A stretch of DNA of 53,309 nt, counting the filler, from Dirinaria sp. TL-2023a (lineage: Eukaryota): assembly GCA_051941275.1 (NCBI GenBank). It is 2 parts of 2 records of this genome, joined end to end, with 100 filler letters (N's around TTAATTAATTAA, not from the genome) between each part and the next. Parts side by side here need not be neighbours in the genome. Positions count along the whole stretch, not along the records: positions 1 to 26,628 come from JAVEBF010000159.1; 1 more part is not named here. One strand, 5' to 3'. Made by a program: the position numbers and the translations under genes. Within the stretch, counting starts at the first letter, position 1. The number at the start of each line of letters is the position of its first letter. Shown here one piece after another: positions 1-10,871 of this stretch. The notes below the pieces were generated by a model that was not told the DNA's origin, ran no database searches, and saw only the letters and a list, made by a program, of their open reading frames with translations.

Positions 1-411
1 AAGAAGAAGAAGAAGAAAGGGGGGGGGGTTCTGATAGCCATACGTGGTCAATATGGCTAGTAATTATTAACATGAATCTAGGAAGAATTTTTTTTGAAAA
101 AGCTCGGGTTTCTTGGGATTAGTGAAGTTACGGTATATATAGAGAGATAGTTTTTGTGATAGCTATGGTGGAGGAGGTGGTCTTTCCTTCCCCCGCGGCT
201 GGGCTTACTTTAAAATACCTAAGTAATAATTCTCCGTAGGTAGGTAGAAGGAGAATTTTCTCTCCCCTTGCGCGGGTACGGATGCTCTTTTTGCGGATAC
301 TATTCAGAGCTCTCTATATACCATATACTAGGATTTATATCGATGGGTCATTTCTGGACTTCAGACGAGAGCCTATATTGGTAACAACACATCTTGGAGG
401 AACTTGCACCT

Positions 412-2035
412 TCAGTAGCGCTGCCCTCCAGCGAGCGGAGTATACTGTTCATCCCTCCCTCTGACCCACGTCTCACTACTGTACTCTTCTGGACTTGGCG
501 AACGGCCCCTGTCGAGCTCATTTCTACCCGGCGAATATGCTCGTTGGATCGTGGCCGGCTGCTGCTGGTAGGGGTATGGCGGGGGTAGAGTATTGTTGCT
601 GTAGTATGCCTGCTGATCGGGATTTGGCGCCGTCCTCAGCGGTTCGATGCCGAATTCATCAGAGTTTTGCTGCTGCAGGAGCGCCCGACTGCCACCAATG
701 AGGTAGTTGACGGCGATCACAAGTCCTTGGAAGATCTCGACGGGATTGGCGGCTGCGGCGATTGCTTTGACTCCCAATGGACCGCCGCGGTAGTAGTGCG
801 AGTTTCTGTGTCGCTGCGACTCTACTAGGGACGTTGATCGTCGATGGTTGTTCAAGTCGTAGGGTGCAACATTGTAGGCATAGAGATGAAGGAAAGAAAA
901 GAGGACCATCTCGCCGCAGAGAAGGAGATTGGGAATGCCGAAAGCGATGTCGTTGTAGGACAGCGTTGATGTCGGTTTCAAGGCGCTCGTGGAGTGAAGG
1001 ATGGTGAAAACGATCTAAATTTCTCCAGTATTTAGCGAATTTCAATCAAGAACCTTGTGTAGCGCGTTGCCGACGGACCTCCTGAACAAAGCTAAGGAAT
1101 ACAATTCCCTTGATCCCGAGGAGCTTGGACATAGCTCGATGCTCCTTGAGCTCGGACTTAAACCGCGTATAGAATGCCAGGATTCGGATGAAAGCCAGTG
1201 CTACCGAGACCGATCGGAGTATTGTCAACTGAAACAGATATTAGTCAAAGCTCTCGACAATAGTTACAAAGATTTGCACGGACCCATAGATGAGCAAAAT
1301 GTACGCTGTCAGACGCCAAGCAGTAAGTACCCAAGGCTTGTGAAGCGTCAGTGGCAATGGCAACGATCCATGATATCACGATGTACTGGAACACAAAGAT
1401 CCAGATGCGCTGTTCCACCTTGTAAGCTGCCGTATCCTGGGCATGAACCATTTCGAATACTCACATGGTACCATGAACTGCTGTTCCCGCCTGTCACTTC
1501 ACCCTTCGTGTCTTTCGTCTCAAGCTTACTGAAGAACTTTTCACGTGTCTCTTCTACAGGCGCGATGTAGGTTACCATCAGGAGGAAGAAGCTTGTAAGC
1601 GCAACGCTCTCGTATGCGTCCGTCCAGGGTTCCAGGTAGGTGGCAGCATGAGGGAACGACGCCGCAAGGAAGCAAAGGATCGCGTATACTGGAACAAGTG
1701 CGATGATGCGCATGATTCTAGTTAGAGTATGTTAGGATGAATAAATATTTGCGTAAACGTTGACTCACTTGACTTGCTCAGCAGGGTAGCTGAAATGCAA
1801 CGCGTGTTGCATGAAAGCAACAGCAGAGACTATGCATGCGGTAGCTGCAAAAGCACCGGCGAGGACGACTGTGAGTTCATGAAAGTTCATGGAACTAACG
1901 ACATGCTTCGAGCCTGCCATCCCAGATAAGCACCTATCGATGGCAATTGTAGATCAATGCCGGCGTACCATATTCGGGACCGCTGGGTTGGGTAGGACAT
2001 GTATGATTACTTGAGCTGCCATGGAAAATGCCCAT
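412..2035 (-). CDS. Organic solute transporter OST-alpha / TMEM184 family membrane protein (multi-exon)
   Basis: Exon fragments join into the family pattern: MGIFHGSSSNHTCPTQP (ATG at 2035) ... IMRIIALVPVYAILCF ... YESVALTSFFLLM ... WIFVFQYIVISWIVAIAT ... KLLGIKGIVFLSFVQ ... GIPNLLLCGEMVLFSFLHLYAY, then a low-complexity tail ending at 412. GT-AG introns separate the ORF pieces. Confidence 0.85.
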
Positions 2036-3540
2036 TGGAGTCTACGAGAGCTCCAACAACTCGCAAACAATGAAAAGGTAAAAAAAAAAAGACCGGTTCA
2101 GAGAAGATTAATTCTTATTGCAAAGGAGATGGCAGGGTCTCGAGAATTTGAGATGACGGATAGGAGAGAAGCAGTTGCTTGTATGACTGAGGATTTGAGA
2201 AGTAGGAGCATGGTCTTTTCTGTGATTGAAGCAAGTGCTAACATATATAAACTCCTTGATGTGGAGCCAGCTGAAGTACGAGTACATCGTCGCAATGCAA
2301 CAAGCAAGTGAGCTGACAGTCGTATTGGTTCGGCCATGTTCAGAATTCTTTAGTCGCGCCATCACTCGCCCTGTGGGGCTGAGTGAAAGGGTTTGCATCA
2401 TCAGCATGAGTTTCGGCGTATATAATTCAGGTAATCCGGCCGATCGCAGCGATTGCCTTTCAAGGTTAGAGATTCGCCGCTAGCCCAATGTTTCAGCCAT
2501 CTTCAAAATTCGCCAATAGATGGAGCGGCTTTGTAGTTGTCTGATCGGGCCTAAGCGGTACTTCCCGCCCACCCTATCAAAATGTCCTTGAATGTAAATA
2601 ACGATAATAAGCATGGGGATCTCTAGTTCGGCTTCTTATCGCAGCAATAACGACTTTGCATAGCTGTGTTTGCATGTGACGTGTTTTTTTGATTCGAAAT
2701 CTCCGGTGGTCGCGGAGTACGAAGAATGGCATGATGATTCTACCGTTAGTGTTGCCAACTGGAGGTCACCCGAAGAGCCACCTAGAATCATCACCTCAGC
2801 GACTCAATTCGCTGCCAAGAGCGCACCTGCGTGACCTCACGTCCACCTGTAAAGCCGGGATGCAAGTAGGCCATTAGCGGCTAGAACCAGGCAAGTATCC
2901 AAGTCACGTCTAAAGTCGCTCTTTACATTATTTGAGGCTGGGTGAGGGAGGCTTGGACCACCACCTGTGGACCACGAAGTGGTTGCCCGTAGTGGTTAGA
3001 GACTCGCTTGCAGATCGAGACCTCCGGCGGTGAGAAATCGTGATGTTATTGGTGCAAGTCAATCGAGAGCTACCGGGAAAGGGGCTGAGGCTGTGGTTAG
3101 TTTAAGCTCCCGCCGCTAGAACAGGTGAAGCGTAGTTTCAGGGGCAGATACAGAGAGCCTATGTAGGTACTCGTACTTAACTACCACTTTACGGCGCGCT
3201 CCGGCCTTGAGGAAGGGTTCAGTAGCAGCATTACAGGAAAGTATGCTTGAAATTACGTCTTCGATGATGAGGCAACCGTCAGTGATGCGGCTGAAACCAA
3301 GATCTTCCGAAGCTGATCGACTTCATGGAACCAGTGCGCACCGCCCGCATTTCCTTCCTGTGGTAAGTAGAGTGACTCGGTCTCTCTCGATAACTTGAAT
3401 TTCTACATATGTCGACCGAGTCTAATAACGGAAAATTTGCGATCTGCTCTCCTCTTGCCCTTTTGCTCGTCTCGGTCTCGGCTATCTTTGCCCATGAGTT
3501 CTAGACTGGCTTTGTTGGGCTTCGCTGACAATTACCTTCA

Positions 3541-5139
3541 ATGGCTACCTCTGGGCATAGTACCGGCTGCTATGCATGCAGGCGAATGAAAGTCAAAGTA
3601 CGTCGCATGGGTACCTGCACTGTATTCTCCCCTATTCTGAACATCTTCCACAGTGCGATGAAGGTCGGCCACATTGCATGCGCTGCCAGAAGGCGGGCAG
3701 ATCCTGCCCAGGCTATCGTGACATTCGTGATCTAATGTTCCGATCAATGAATGAGAAAGCGGAGCAAAGAAGCCGTCGCCAAAACTCCCATTCTACACGA
3801 TCGGGGCCAAAACCTAGACTATCTCCAAGTGGCTGTGATCAGGAGCGCAGGCCAGAAACGAGTGCTTCCAATGTCAACACCAGTCGCCATGATCGCCTTG
3901 CGGTTTCCTGCGCACCGGTGCCCAGTGACTGGAAACAGCAAGCCATTGTTGCTTTCTTCCACGACTATGTTATCTGCACAGATTCGCAAGGCCGCGGTGG
4001 GTATCTAGAGTTTCTGCCCGAGCTTTACCAGGAGCAATCCGGGAAACCTTACTTCGTGGAAGCTCTGAATGCAGTCTCGATGGCCAGCTTTGCGAATCGA
4101 GGCTCGATCGACCCTTTGAGATTCTGTGCGCGGCGGTCATATGGACGCGCATTATCCTTGGTCAATGCGATGTTGAGTGATGCAGGAGGTCAAGAAGGAT
4201 GAAGCACTTACTTCCATTCATCTCATGGCCATGTACGAGATCATTAGTGGAGATAAGACTAAATTGTGGGCGAGCCACCATGCCGGTCAAAGGGAGCTGA
4301 TACGTCTGCGTGGGCCCGCTCAATTCAAGTCACCAAGAGGTCGCTCGCTGTACCGCTTGATCCATATAATTCAACAATTCCAAGAGCTTTATTGCCGCCG
4401 TCAGCCCGTCTCAAAACCCGACGCAGCCTTCACCACATTCTATCCAATGCCACATGCAGCGAAACTTGCGGAACTGCTATCGGAAGTCTCAAAGCTAAAG
4501 AGGGGTGTTACCGGGCCCACAGAGCGCGGGAAGCATGAAATACATCCCGGCAAGTGGGACAAGGATGCCATGACCCTTGATCAAAGAATGCAAAGTTGGA
4601 GCGACAGAGCACCAGAAGCTTCATTATTCCGGTCAATTCCCTCTGAGGATTCGCGGCTGAGGCAAGAAAACGGATGTGTGGTGGAGTACCCTGAGCGCAT
4701 TTGGATTTTCAATAGCATCCAAATGGCTTGTGCGCGAAATGCGTTCACCTGTGGACGCATTCACCTCCTACAAGCCATGCTCGACTATCGTGCGAGACTC
4801 GCAACCGGAGCTTCGATTCTGTCAGCCTTGCCTTCCGAAACGAACCTTCGTCAGCGACTGCAGGAATTAGTTGGTGATATTTGCGCAACTGCTCCATTCC
4901 TGCTCGGTGAGGTCAATATTCAAGGCGCTCTCAACATCGACGCAAGGCGAAAAGCCGTAGGAGCATACTTGTTGCTGTGGCCACTACATGTTGCCGCAAC
5001 CGTTGCAGATCTCCCAGCTGCGCTGGAAACCTGGATTGTTGACCGCATGTTCTGCATCGGTCATGCTGTAGGAATAAAGCAAGCCTTAGTTCTAAAAAGT
5101 TATATTGGTAAAGGGATACCCGAAGATCAATTGCATTAG
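3541..5139 (+). CDS. Zn(II)2Cys6 fungal transcription factor with C-terminal fungal TF domain; apparent frameshift near 4180
   Basis: Exon 1 (3541-3597, GCYACRRMKVK), intron 3598-3653 and CDEGRPHCMRCQKAGRSCPGY form a complete binuclear cluster. Typical middle region (YGRALSLVNAMLSD / QEVKKDEALTSIHLMAMYE ... HHAG..ELIRLRG) and GAYLLLWPL ... IGIKQA-like C-terminus. The two halves lie in different frames. Confidence 0.8.
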
Positions 5140-5344
5140 TTTCTGGAGTAGTACAGTGTGATTAGGTCAATGCTTGAAGCGAGTATAGACGAAAAGGGAA
5201 TGTAGCCATGGAATTAATTGAATAGGTAGTTGTTCCATATATGGGTATGACGCAGGAATCTCTTGACCGAAGGATGAACGCATGAATTTCAACATCGCAG
5301 CTCCCTATCAATGCAGTATGCTTGGAGGTCGAATAGACGGAAAT

Positions 5345-5620
5345 AAAGTCCAACAGAAGAGGAAGTCGGCTTGATGACGCCCAGAGTCAAGGGTGATGCT
5401 GTGGGCCAGTCGATGTTCGACATAGCCGTTTCAGCAGATCGAGACCCAGACTCAGGGCGCCTCATTCACGGTCGGCTAGAACGAGATCACCTGAGGTTCG
5501 AAGGCGAACACCACGAGACATCCGGTAAAGGAGACGGAGTGTACGAACATCCATACCACACGAAGCGTAGGCAATGCCTGAAACCTCAGGTCCACGGAGT
5601 TGAGCTTAGTGAGCTCAGAA
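5345..5620 (-). ncRNA. Candidate structured non-coding RNA, family not recognised
   Basis: Nested inverted repeats between two convergent genes: long irregular hairpin ~5372-5468, multibranch stem closed by ACCTGAGGTT(5489-5498)/AACCTCAGGT(5582-5591), and hairpin TGAGCT-N5-AGCTCA (5601-5617). G-U wobbles mostly favour the minus strand; strand assignment is uncertain. Confidence 0.4.
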
Positions 5621-5901
5621 TAGCAGTCTTTTATCTGTCCCGTCAAATCCTGATTAAACCTCGGAAGGAGTGTTTTACGGCCCCTTAAGTCGGTTCCCCT
5701 TCACACTTCCACCTTCAACGTTTCATATTGACAACAACGGCCTCTGGGCCTTATAGGAGCGAATCGGTTTTGTCAGAGATTGGAGCTCTCGCATCCCTAG
5801 ATGTTCGACGACCGAGAAAGCGTCTCGATAGTCATACGAATTCCGGAGCTTAAGATCTTGTGGCTCTCAACGCTTGCGGTTGAAGCTTGACCACAAACCT
5901 T

Positions 5902-6975
5902 TTAGACTGCCCAGTAAGTGCACACTCTTGCACTGACAACGTAGTTCATGCACGGCCAGACTGTCTGCTTAACTCGGGCGCGGAGAATGATGCTGTCCCC
6001 AATTTCCATTTCTTTCAGCACTTTATAACCTGTTGAATTCACCCTTATACGACCATTCCCCTCTTCAGGATAAGTTTCTTCGGTGTTGTCATCGTACCTC
6101 CAGGTGACGACACCGTGCTTATTTAGTCGGGAATTTGCACCATTTTCAAATATAAGGGCTCGAGTCTGCCGATCCAGTGAAGTTTCCTCGTCAGGATCCG
6201 TTGCTACCGACGCCGGTTCTACGTTGCGCAATCGACGTCCCGAAGGTAGCCACAAGGAGTGCATGGAATTATAGAAGCTAGGGTTCGGAAGTTTTGGAGG
6301 CCTCCTTCTCCCCACACTCCCATTAACTGTACTAGTGACCGATTGCGTACGTTTCGTATAAGGGTCCTGTGAAGTTGAATCCTCGCTATTACTCTTGAGC
6401 GCCGCTTCGAACCAGCTCGAGGTTGTGCAGACGCTGCTGTCTCTGCTATCCTCGCGGCTCACGATTGAAAAGATAATTTTCCGACAGGGGCGCCGACCAC
6501 GGGCAGGCAACATCATCGACTGACCGCTTCCAGGCTCTTTACTCCGGAATTTAAGGTTGCGCAAATTTTGAACTGCCCATGACGCATATTTCTTCTCAGG
6601 TGCTGCTGGCTTTGCCACCGCGAGAGGTTCAGTGCATAGCAATTCTGTATCGCCGAAAGTCTCTGGAACCCAATGATGATACGTGAACTGTGTGGAATAA
6701 AATTCTGTGCATCGAGCTCGGCCGTCACTTAACACAGCTACGGAGTCTTCCATCGTTGTGCAACTGGATGGCCAGTATTCAGCAAAGTCCATGATATCTT
6801 CAACTAACTCCACTGGTATGGAAAGGCTGTTGAGGAGACGTTTGGTCTCAACGGCCTGCCATACCGTGGGGAAAGACGGTGGCTCCTTGGCCGGCTGTGC
6901 TAGATCTTGTTTGAGATTCTCTCTGACGAGGTTCACACGATCATCACCCCTCTGCTGTTGCGGGTTGGTGTTCAT
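5902..6975 (-). CDS. Conserved fungal hypothetical protein (F-box-like N-terminal motif)
   Basis: Intronless 357-aa ORF with IPVELVEDIMDFAEYWP, PCRKIIFSIVS, SSWFEA and EIGDSIILRAR...NYVVSARVCTYWAV, a pattern I recognise from an uncharacterised Pezizomycotina family. Confidence 0.75.
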   Translation of the reverse strand: MNTNPQQQRGDDRVNLVRENLKQDLAQPAKEPPSFPTVWQAVETKRLLNSLSIPVELVEDIMDFAEYWPSSCTTMEDSVAVLSDGRARCTEFYSTQFTYHHWVPETFGDTELLCTEPLAVAKPAAPEKKYASWAVQNLRNLKFRSKEPGSGQSMMLPARGRRPCRKIIFSIVSREDSRDSSVCTTSSWFEAALKSNSEDSTSQDPYTKRTQSVTSTVNGSVGRRRPPKLPNPSFYNSMHSLWLPSGRRLRNVEPASVATDPDEETSLDRQTRALIFENGANSRLNKHGVVTWRYDDNTEETYPEEGNGRIRVNSTGYKVLKEMEIGDSIILRARVKQTVWPCMNYVVSARVCTYWAV

Positions 6976-7784
6976 GTTTTCGTTGACAAATCAGCTAAGG
7001 AAATCCTATCTGTATGAGTCTTTGACATGAGGTATTTGCCAGCAGTGAGCTCAACGCAAAAAATGACAGTCAAAGCAGTTCAACAAAGGCATGGATCTTC
7101 TCGTAGCGCATATATCAACAGTGGTGCAATGCCGTCCTTCCGGTAATCATAGGTAGCTTGCCAGCTTACGCTATATTCATCGAGTCGTCGATATGAGGAT
7201 GTCGGAAATGACTTATCGACACCAATCGGAAATGTGTGCTATCAACGCTTCTCGCAGCCGGGAAAAGGGTGCATGGCTGATGGCTCTCATGCGGGAACTG
7301 AACGGATTACCGGAAATAGCAGGATTTATATCCGTAGGTAGACCTGCATTGCCACTCGATCATTAGAGTACAGTCTCTTATCTTAAGGTAGCTCCGTACA
7401 GTATCTTACCTACCTTTGGATGGTGGAATGGAGAGGTTACGTCATTGTCACGTGATTTATCAAGCGTCACCGTATGACCGTATCCGCAGATTGTCTACAT
7501 GTAGGTAAGCGAGATAATAGTATTATTGACGGTCAATTTGAACATCGAGAGCGAGTGTCAATTTTTCCTCCATTATGTACCACATTGGTAAATCGCCTGA
7601 CAGCTATTGTACAACCCACTCAGCGAGTATTTACAGCCAATATTCCACAACCACATCATATCAGGCTGCTTCGATGCTTTTCTTCTCAGTACGTCTCTTT
7701 GACCACGACCTTCCCAGCGTTACGCAGCCGGGCCAGCTTCCTAGGTCACCAAAAGCTCGACACAGCATGCACCGCGGGGAGATG

Positions 7785-8402
7785 TTATCCTTTGTTTGAA
7801 GGCCTTTCGTTCTTAAAAAATCCGTACCCCGTAAATCGGTTATTCTCACCGTGTAATATTCTGAAGTTGATCTCGCGTTCCAACTTTATTTCGGATATCA
7901 CCACAGCAAACACGCCGCTGACCACATCTTTCAAGATCCCCCACGTCAATTTCGACTCTTTCTCTAGCTCTTCAGGGCTGTATGCGCTGAACTCCAGTCC
8001 ATTGTCTTCATCATCATATGCACCATTAGGTAAAGGGATGAGCCTTCCATGTCGGTTGGTCTGATACATGACATCGCCCATCGTTTCCAAGAGGAAACTT
8101 CTTGCTTTTCTCCGCTCTACCGGGCGGCCGCGGGTTATGAGGAGGGTCGTGAGCGTATCGGGGATTTTGTAAGCGTATGATTGCCAGTCGACGCCTTCGG
8201 TGTGGTTGAGCGCACTAGAACCCTGCTGTAAGTACATGTTCCATGCAGCGCTTTGGTCGGAGAGGGGTCCATGCCTCTGGAACTGGGCAGCCAATCGAGA
8301 TTCAGCATAGCTGCCGTTGATAGGTAACGTCAAACCGACTGCAATCGATAGGAAGCAACAAGCCAACCCGAGCAAAACCGGCAGTCGACATTGGAGATGC
8401 AT
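7785..8402 (-). CDS. Small secreted protein of unknown function (~205 aa)
   Basis: ATG at 8402 gives a signal-peptide-like start MHLQCRLPVLLGLACCFLSIAVGLTLP, followed by an uninterrupted globular-looking ORF (YKIPDTLTTLLI ... KLTWGILKDVVSGV ... FTGYGFF). Confidence 0.7.
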   Translation of the reverse strand: MHLQCRLPVLLGLACCFLSIAVGLTLPINGSYAESRLAAQFQRHGPLSDQSAAWNMYLQQGSSALNHTEGVDWQSYAYKIPDTLTTLLITRGRPVERRKARSFLLETMGDVMYQTNRHGRLIPLPNGAYDDEDNGLEFSAYSPEELEKESKLTWGILKDVVSGVFAVVISEIKLEREINFRILHGENNRFTGYGFFKNERPSNKG

Positions 8403-9119
8403 CAAGTAAAGCGCTGTCACTCGTCGCAACAGCAAGATTGGAGATCTCGATATCAGGTTTTTCTCCTGCCGATGATTTCGTACTTTGCGTAGTCGTTCGG
8501 TGGTCATCGGCTATGCGGGTTTACCGTTGCGCCATTGGCTTCACGATATCCGAAGCGATACGCGAGCTCGCGAGGCAGTAGGATACGATAATGTGGAAGC
8601 GGAATTACCAGATCTTTGGTGCTCAACTTCAGATACCTTAAGACACCAGTCCATTTCTTGCATCTTACGAACAGACTCATCAGGTCAAATCCAGGATTCG
8701 GAGAATGGTATCACGAACCTTGCATGTACTGTACGTAGTCTAAGGTAGGTCTCCCTATTCAGGCAAGTAGGTTTTGTTACAGCTGCCGGTATGTCGCTAC
8801 AGTAGAATCGTGGCTGTTGGCTCTTTGTTACGACAATGTACATTGTTGCCATTATACAATTATCGTCTGACCATAACAATGAGCCATTGTGGCCCGAATA
8901 ACAATAGCCTTGTTTTCTTTCTGTCTTCTTATGACTCTCTTATCACCAGCATGGAGTATAAATATACTCGAGAAAATTCCTCCCAAATCAAAGACCAATA
9001 TATACCACCCACGTTCTTCTATAATCATCCAACATCAGCAAACAGCCAGCAGTATAATATATATATACACTCACCCCTAAATCCACCAAATCCCACTCAG
9101 ACCCACCACCCCAAAAGTC

Positions 9120-9506
9120 ATGGACCCGATCGCCACATTGATCTTCGCCCACCCATACCCGGAGCTCGCAACGTTCTCCTGCACGCAAACCGGTTGCCCG
9201 ATCAAGACCCCGCATCATCCAGGTGAGTACCACCCCGGACAAATCGGTTCCCCATTTTACATCCAGCTTCTCGAAGACAAGCTGTGGTACTACTCCCTGA
9301 GCTGGGGGGAGTTTTTGCTGTTGTACAAGTTTTATGCCGCGCACGCGAAGAAGATTAGGAGGGACAGTCAGGAAGATGGGAAGGCCGATATGGAGCGCTT
9401 GATCGATGAGAGGATTGAGACGATCCTGGAGGCGAAAATCAAGAAACCGAGTCTGGAGGAGAAAACGCAGCAGCTGTTGGCTTTGTTGAAGGGATCTAGG
9501 GAGTAG
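9120..9506 (+). CDS. Orphan 128-aa protein with Cys/His cluster and charged helical C-terminus
   Basis: ATG ORF preceded by a C/A-rich UTR-like leader; CTQTGCPIKTPHHPGEYH motif; coding-like composition against more AT-rich flanks. Confidence 0.5.
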   Translation: MDPIATLIFAHPYPELATFSCTQTGCPIKTPHHPGEYHPGQIGSPFYIQLLEDKLWYYSLSWGEFLLLYKFYAAHAKKIRRDSQEDGKADMERLIDERIETILEAKIKKPSLEEKTQQLLALLKGSRE

Positions 9507-9560
9507 ACGTGGAAGTATATAGCAGCTATATTACGTCTGTAATGGTACACAATCATCCAG

Positions 9561-10030
9561 TTGAGCATATACCGTGCTGATGCCATGCATTTCTTGATCC
9601 AATGAAGATAGGGTAGGGAAAACTTCAGTCCGGCAGCCGAGCATAAAGCATGCCAATGCCATGCTCGATTACTCTGAGTCCGACGAAGATAAAGGAAACC
9701 CTTGAACGGACTGATGGAAATCTTCGGTGCACTCGTCACACCGACGTTTACTGGATCAAGCATGCGCCGTGCTCTTGCGGTGCATTTCTTCATTCAAAGA
9801 AGATGGAAAAAAAGAAGAAATGAGTGAGTGCCATTGCAACCCATCGATCGATATTTACATAGCATGAAAAACTTTGCAATTGTAGCTTTTTTTTGCTGAG
9901 TCGAGCATATGCTCTGTTCATGCTATGCATTTCTGGATGCGACGAAGATGTGGAGAAATCTCAGTTCAATTAGCGCTTTTGTTTTTGTTCAGAAGAGCTT
10001 CCCTATGCCGTGCTCATGCGTCCATGCATA
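9561..10030. repeat. Degenerate ~55-65 bp repeat, about 4 copies plus one partial
   Basis: Approximate consensus GAGCATA..CCGTGCTCATGC.ATGCATTTCT.GAT.C.ACGAAGAT at ~9563, ~9639, ~9758 and ~9903, partial at ~10003. Confidence 0.6.
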
Positions 10031-10871
10031 ATGAGTGCTTGAGCACTACACGAGATGCTCTGATTTGTTAGTACGGAGTTAGAGAGCTTTTGGGAAGTAG
10101 TATGGCTCTTGAGAATCTGATATCAGTCCCCGAATGCCCAACAAAGGAAAGGTACAAACTTAATTTCTGATCTGTAGTGACGTGTATAAGAAACACTTGA
10201 GAGAGTAGACACTTGATGGACACTGGATCTCGACATGGTTGTCCAGCTCACGGTACAGATGGTCAACCTTTGAATCCGCACAAACAGCATACAAGGGTAA
10301 TACTTTAGGCGGGCTAGTTGCGTCTTATAGAAGTTTTTAGTCTCCAAGTCCTACATGAGCTTTTCTCTGATATTCAAAGCCCCACATATACCACAGTCTA
10401 AATCGCGTAATGTCATCAATACGCGGCCAAAAGTCGTGTCATTGAAATCCAGGCGACTATAAATCGAGCCGTACCCCTATTTTGTTGCTCAAGAAAACGA
10501 AGCAATCTTAAACCCATCAAAAACAATGGTGGAAATCTTGATGAGATAGATGCAATCCTTCGAAGTGACGAAGACACATAAGAGATGCGAGCTATGGAGT
10601 ACCAAGCAAACAAAGTCGGATTGTGGGTAGTGGGCGACAACAAGAAAGACAACACAATGTCAAACAGTACAACAGCGGTATACAGCTTTGCGCAGCACAG
10701 TTGGGAGGGATCAGCAGCTTACTTTAACAGACTTTTAGTCCTTCCTAAAGTTGCTTCTTCACGAGGCTACCGTGATAAGAGTGAGGAAGACCCACCTGCT
10801 CTTACATTTTCTCGACAACATTCCTTCTGCTTGTTGCGAGGTTTCCATTACCTTCTTCACCAAAAGCTCTA

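Noticed and set aside
1055..1570. 171-aa + strand ORF and similar antisense ORFs (e.g. 7474-8064, 30810-31439, 44614-45177, 49072-49677, 50390-51007)
   Set aside because: Antisense or alternative-frame shadows of well-supported genes.
5345..5610. Assignment of the structured element to RNase MRP (AAAGTCC ... GAGCTTA), U3 (TGATGA..CCCAGAGT) or U5 (CCTTTAC)
   Set aside because: Each resemblance is partial: P4 pairing is imperfect, U3 box A is absent and the invariant U5 loop GCCUUUUAC is not present. Left unassigned.
5371..5688. 105-aa ORF overlapping the structured element
   Set aside because: No recognisable motifs; nested base-pairing explains the region better.
9561..10030. CRISPR-like interpretation of the repeat-spacer pattern
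   Set aside because: Fungal nuclear context, repeats too long and divergent, spacers irregular, no cas genes.
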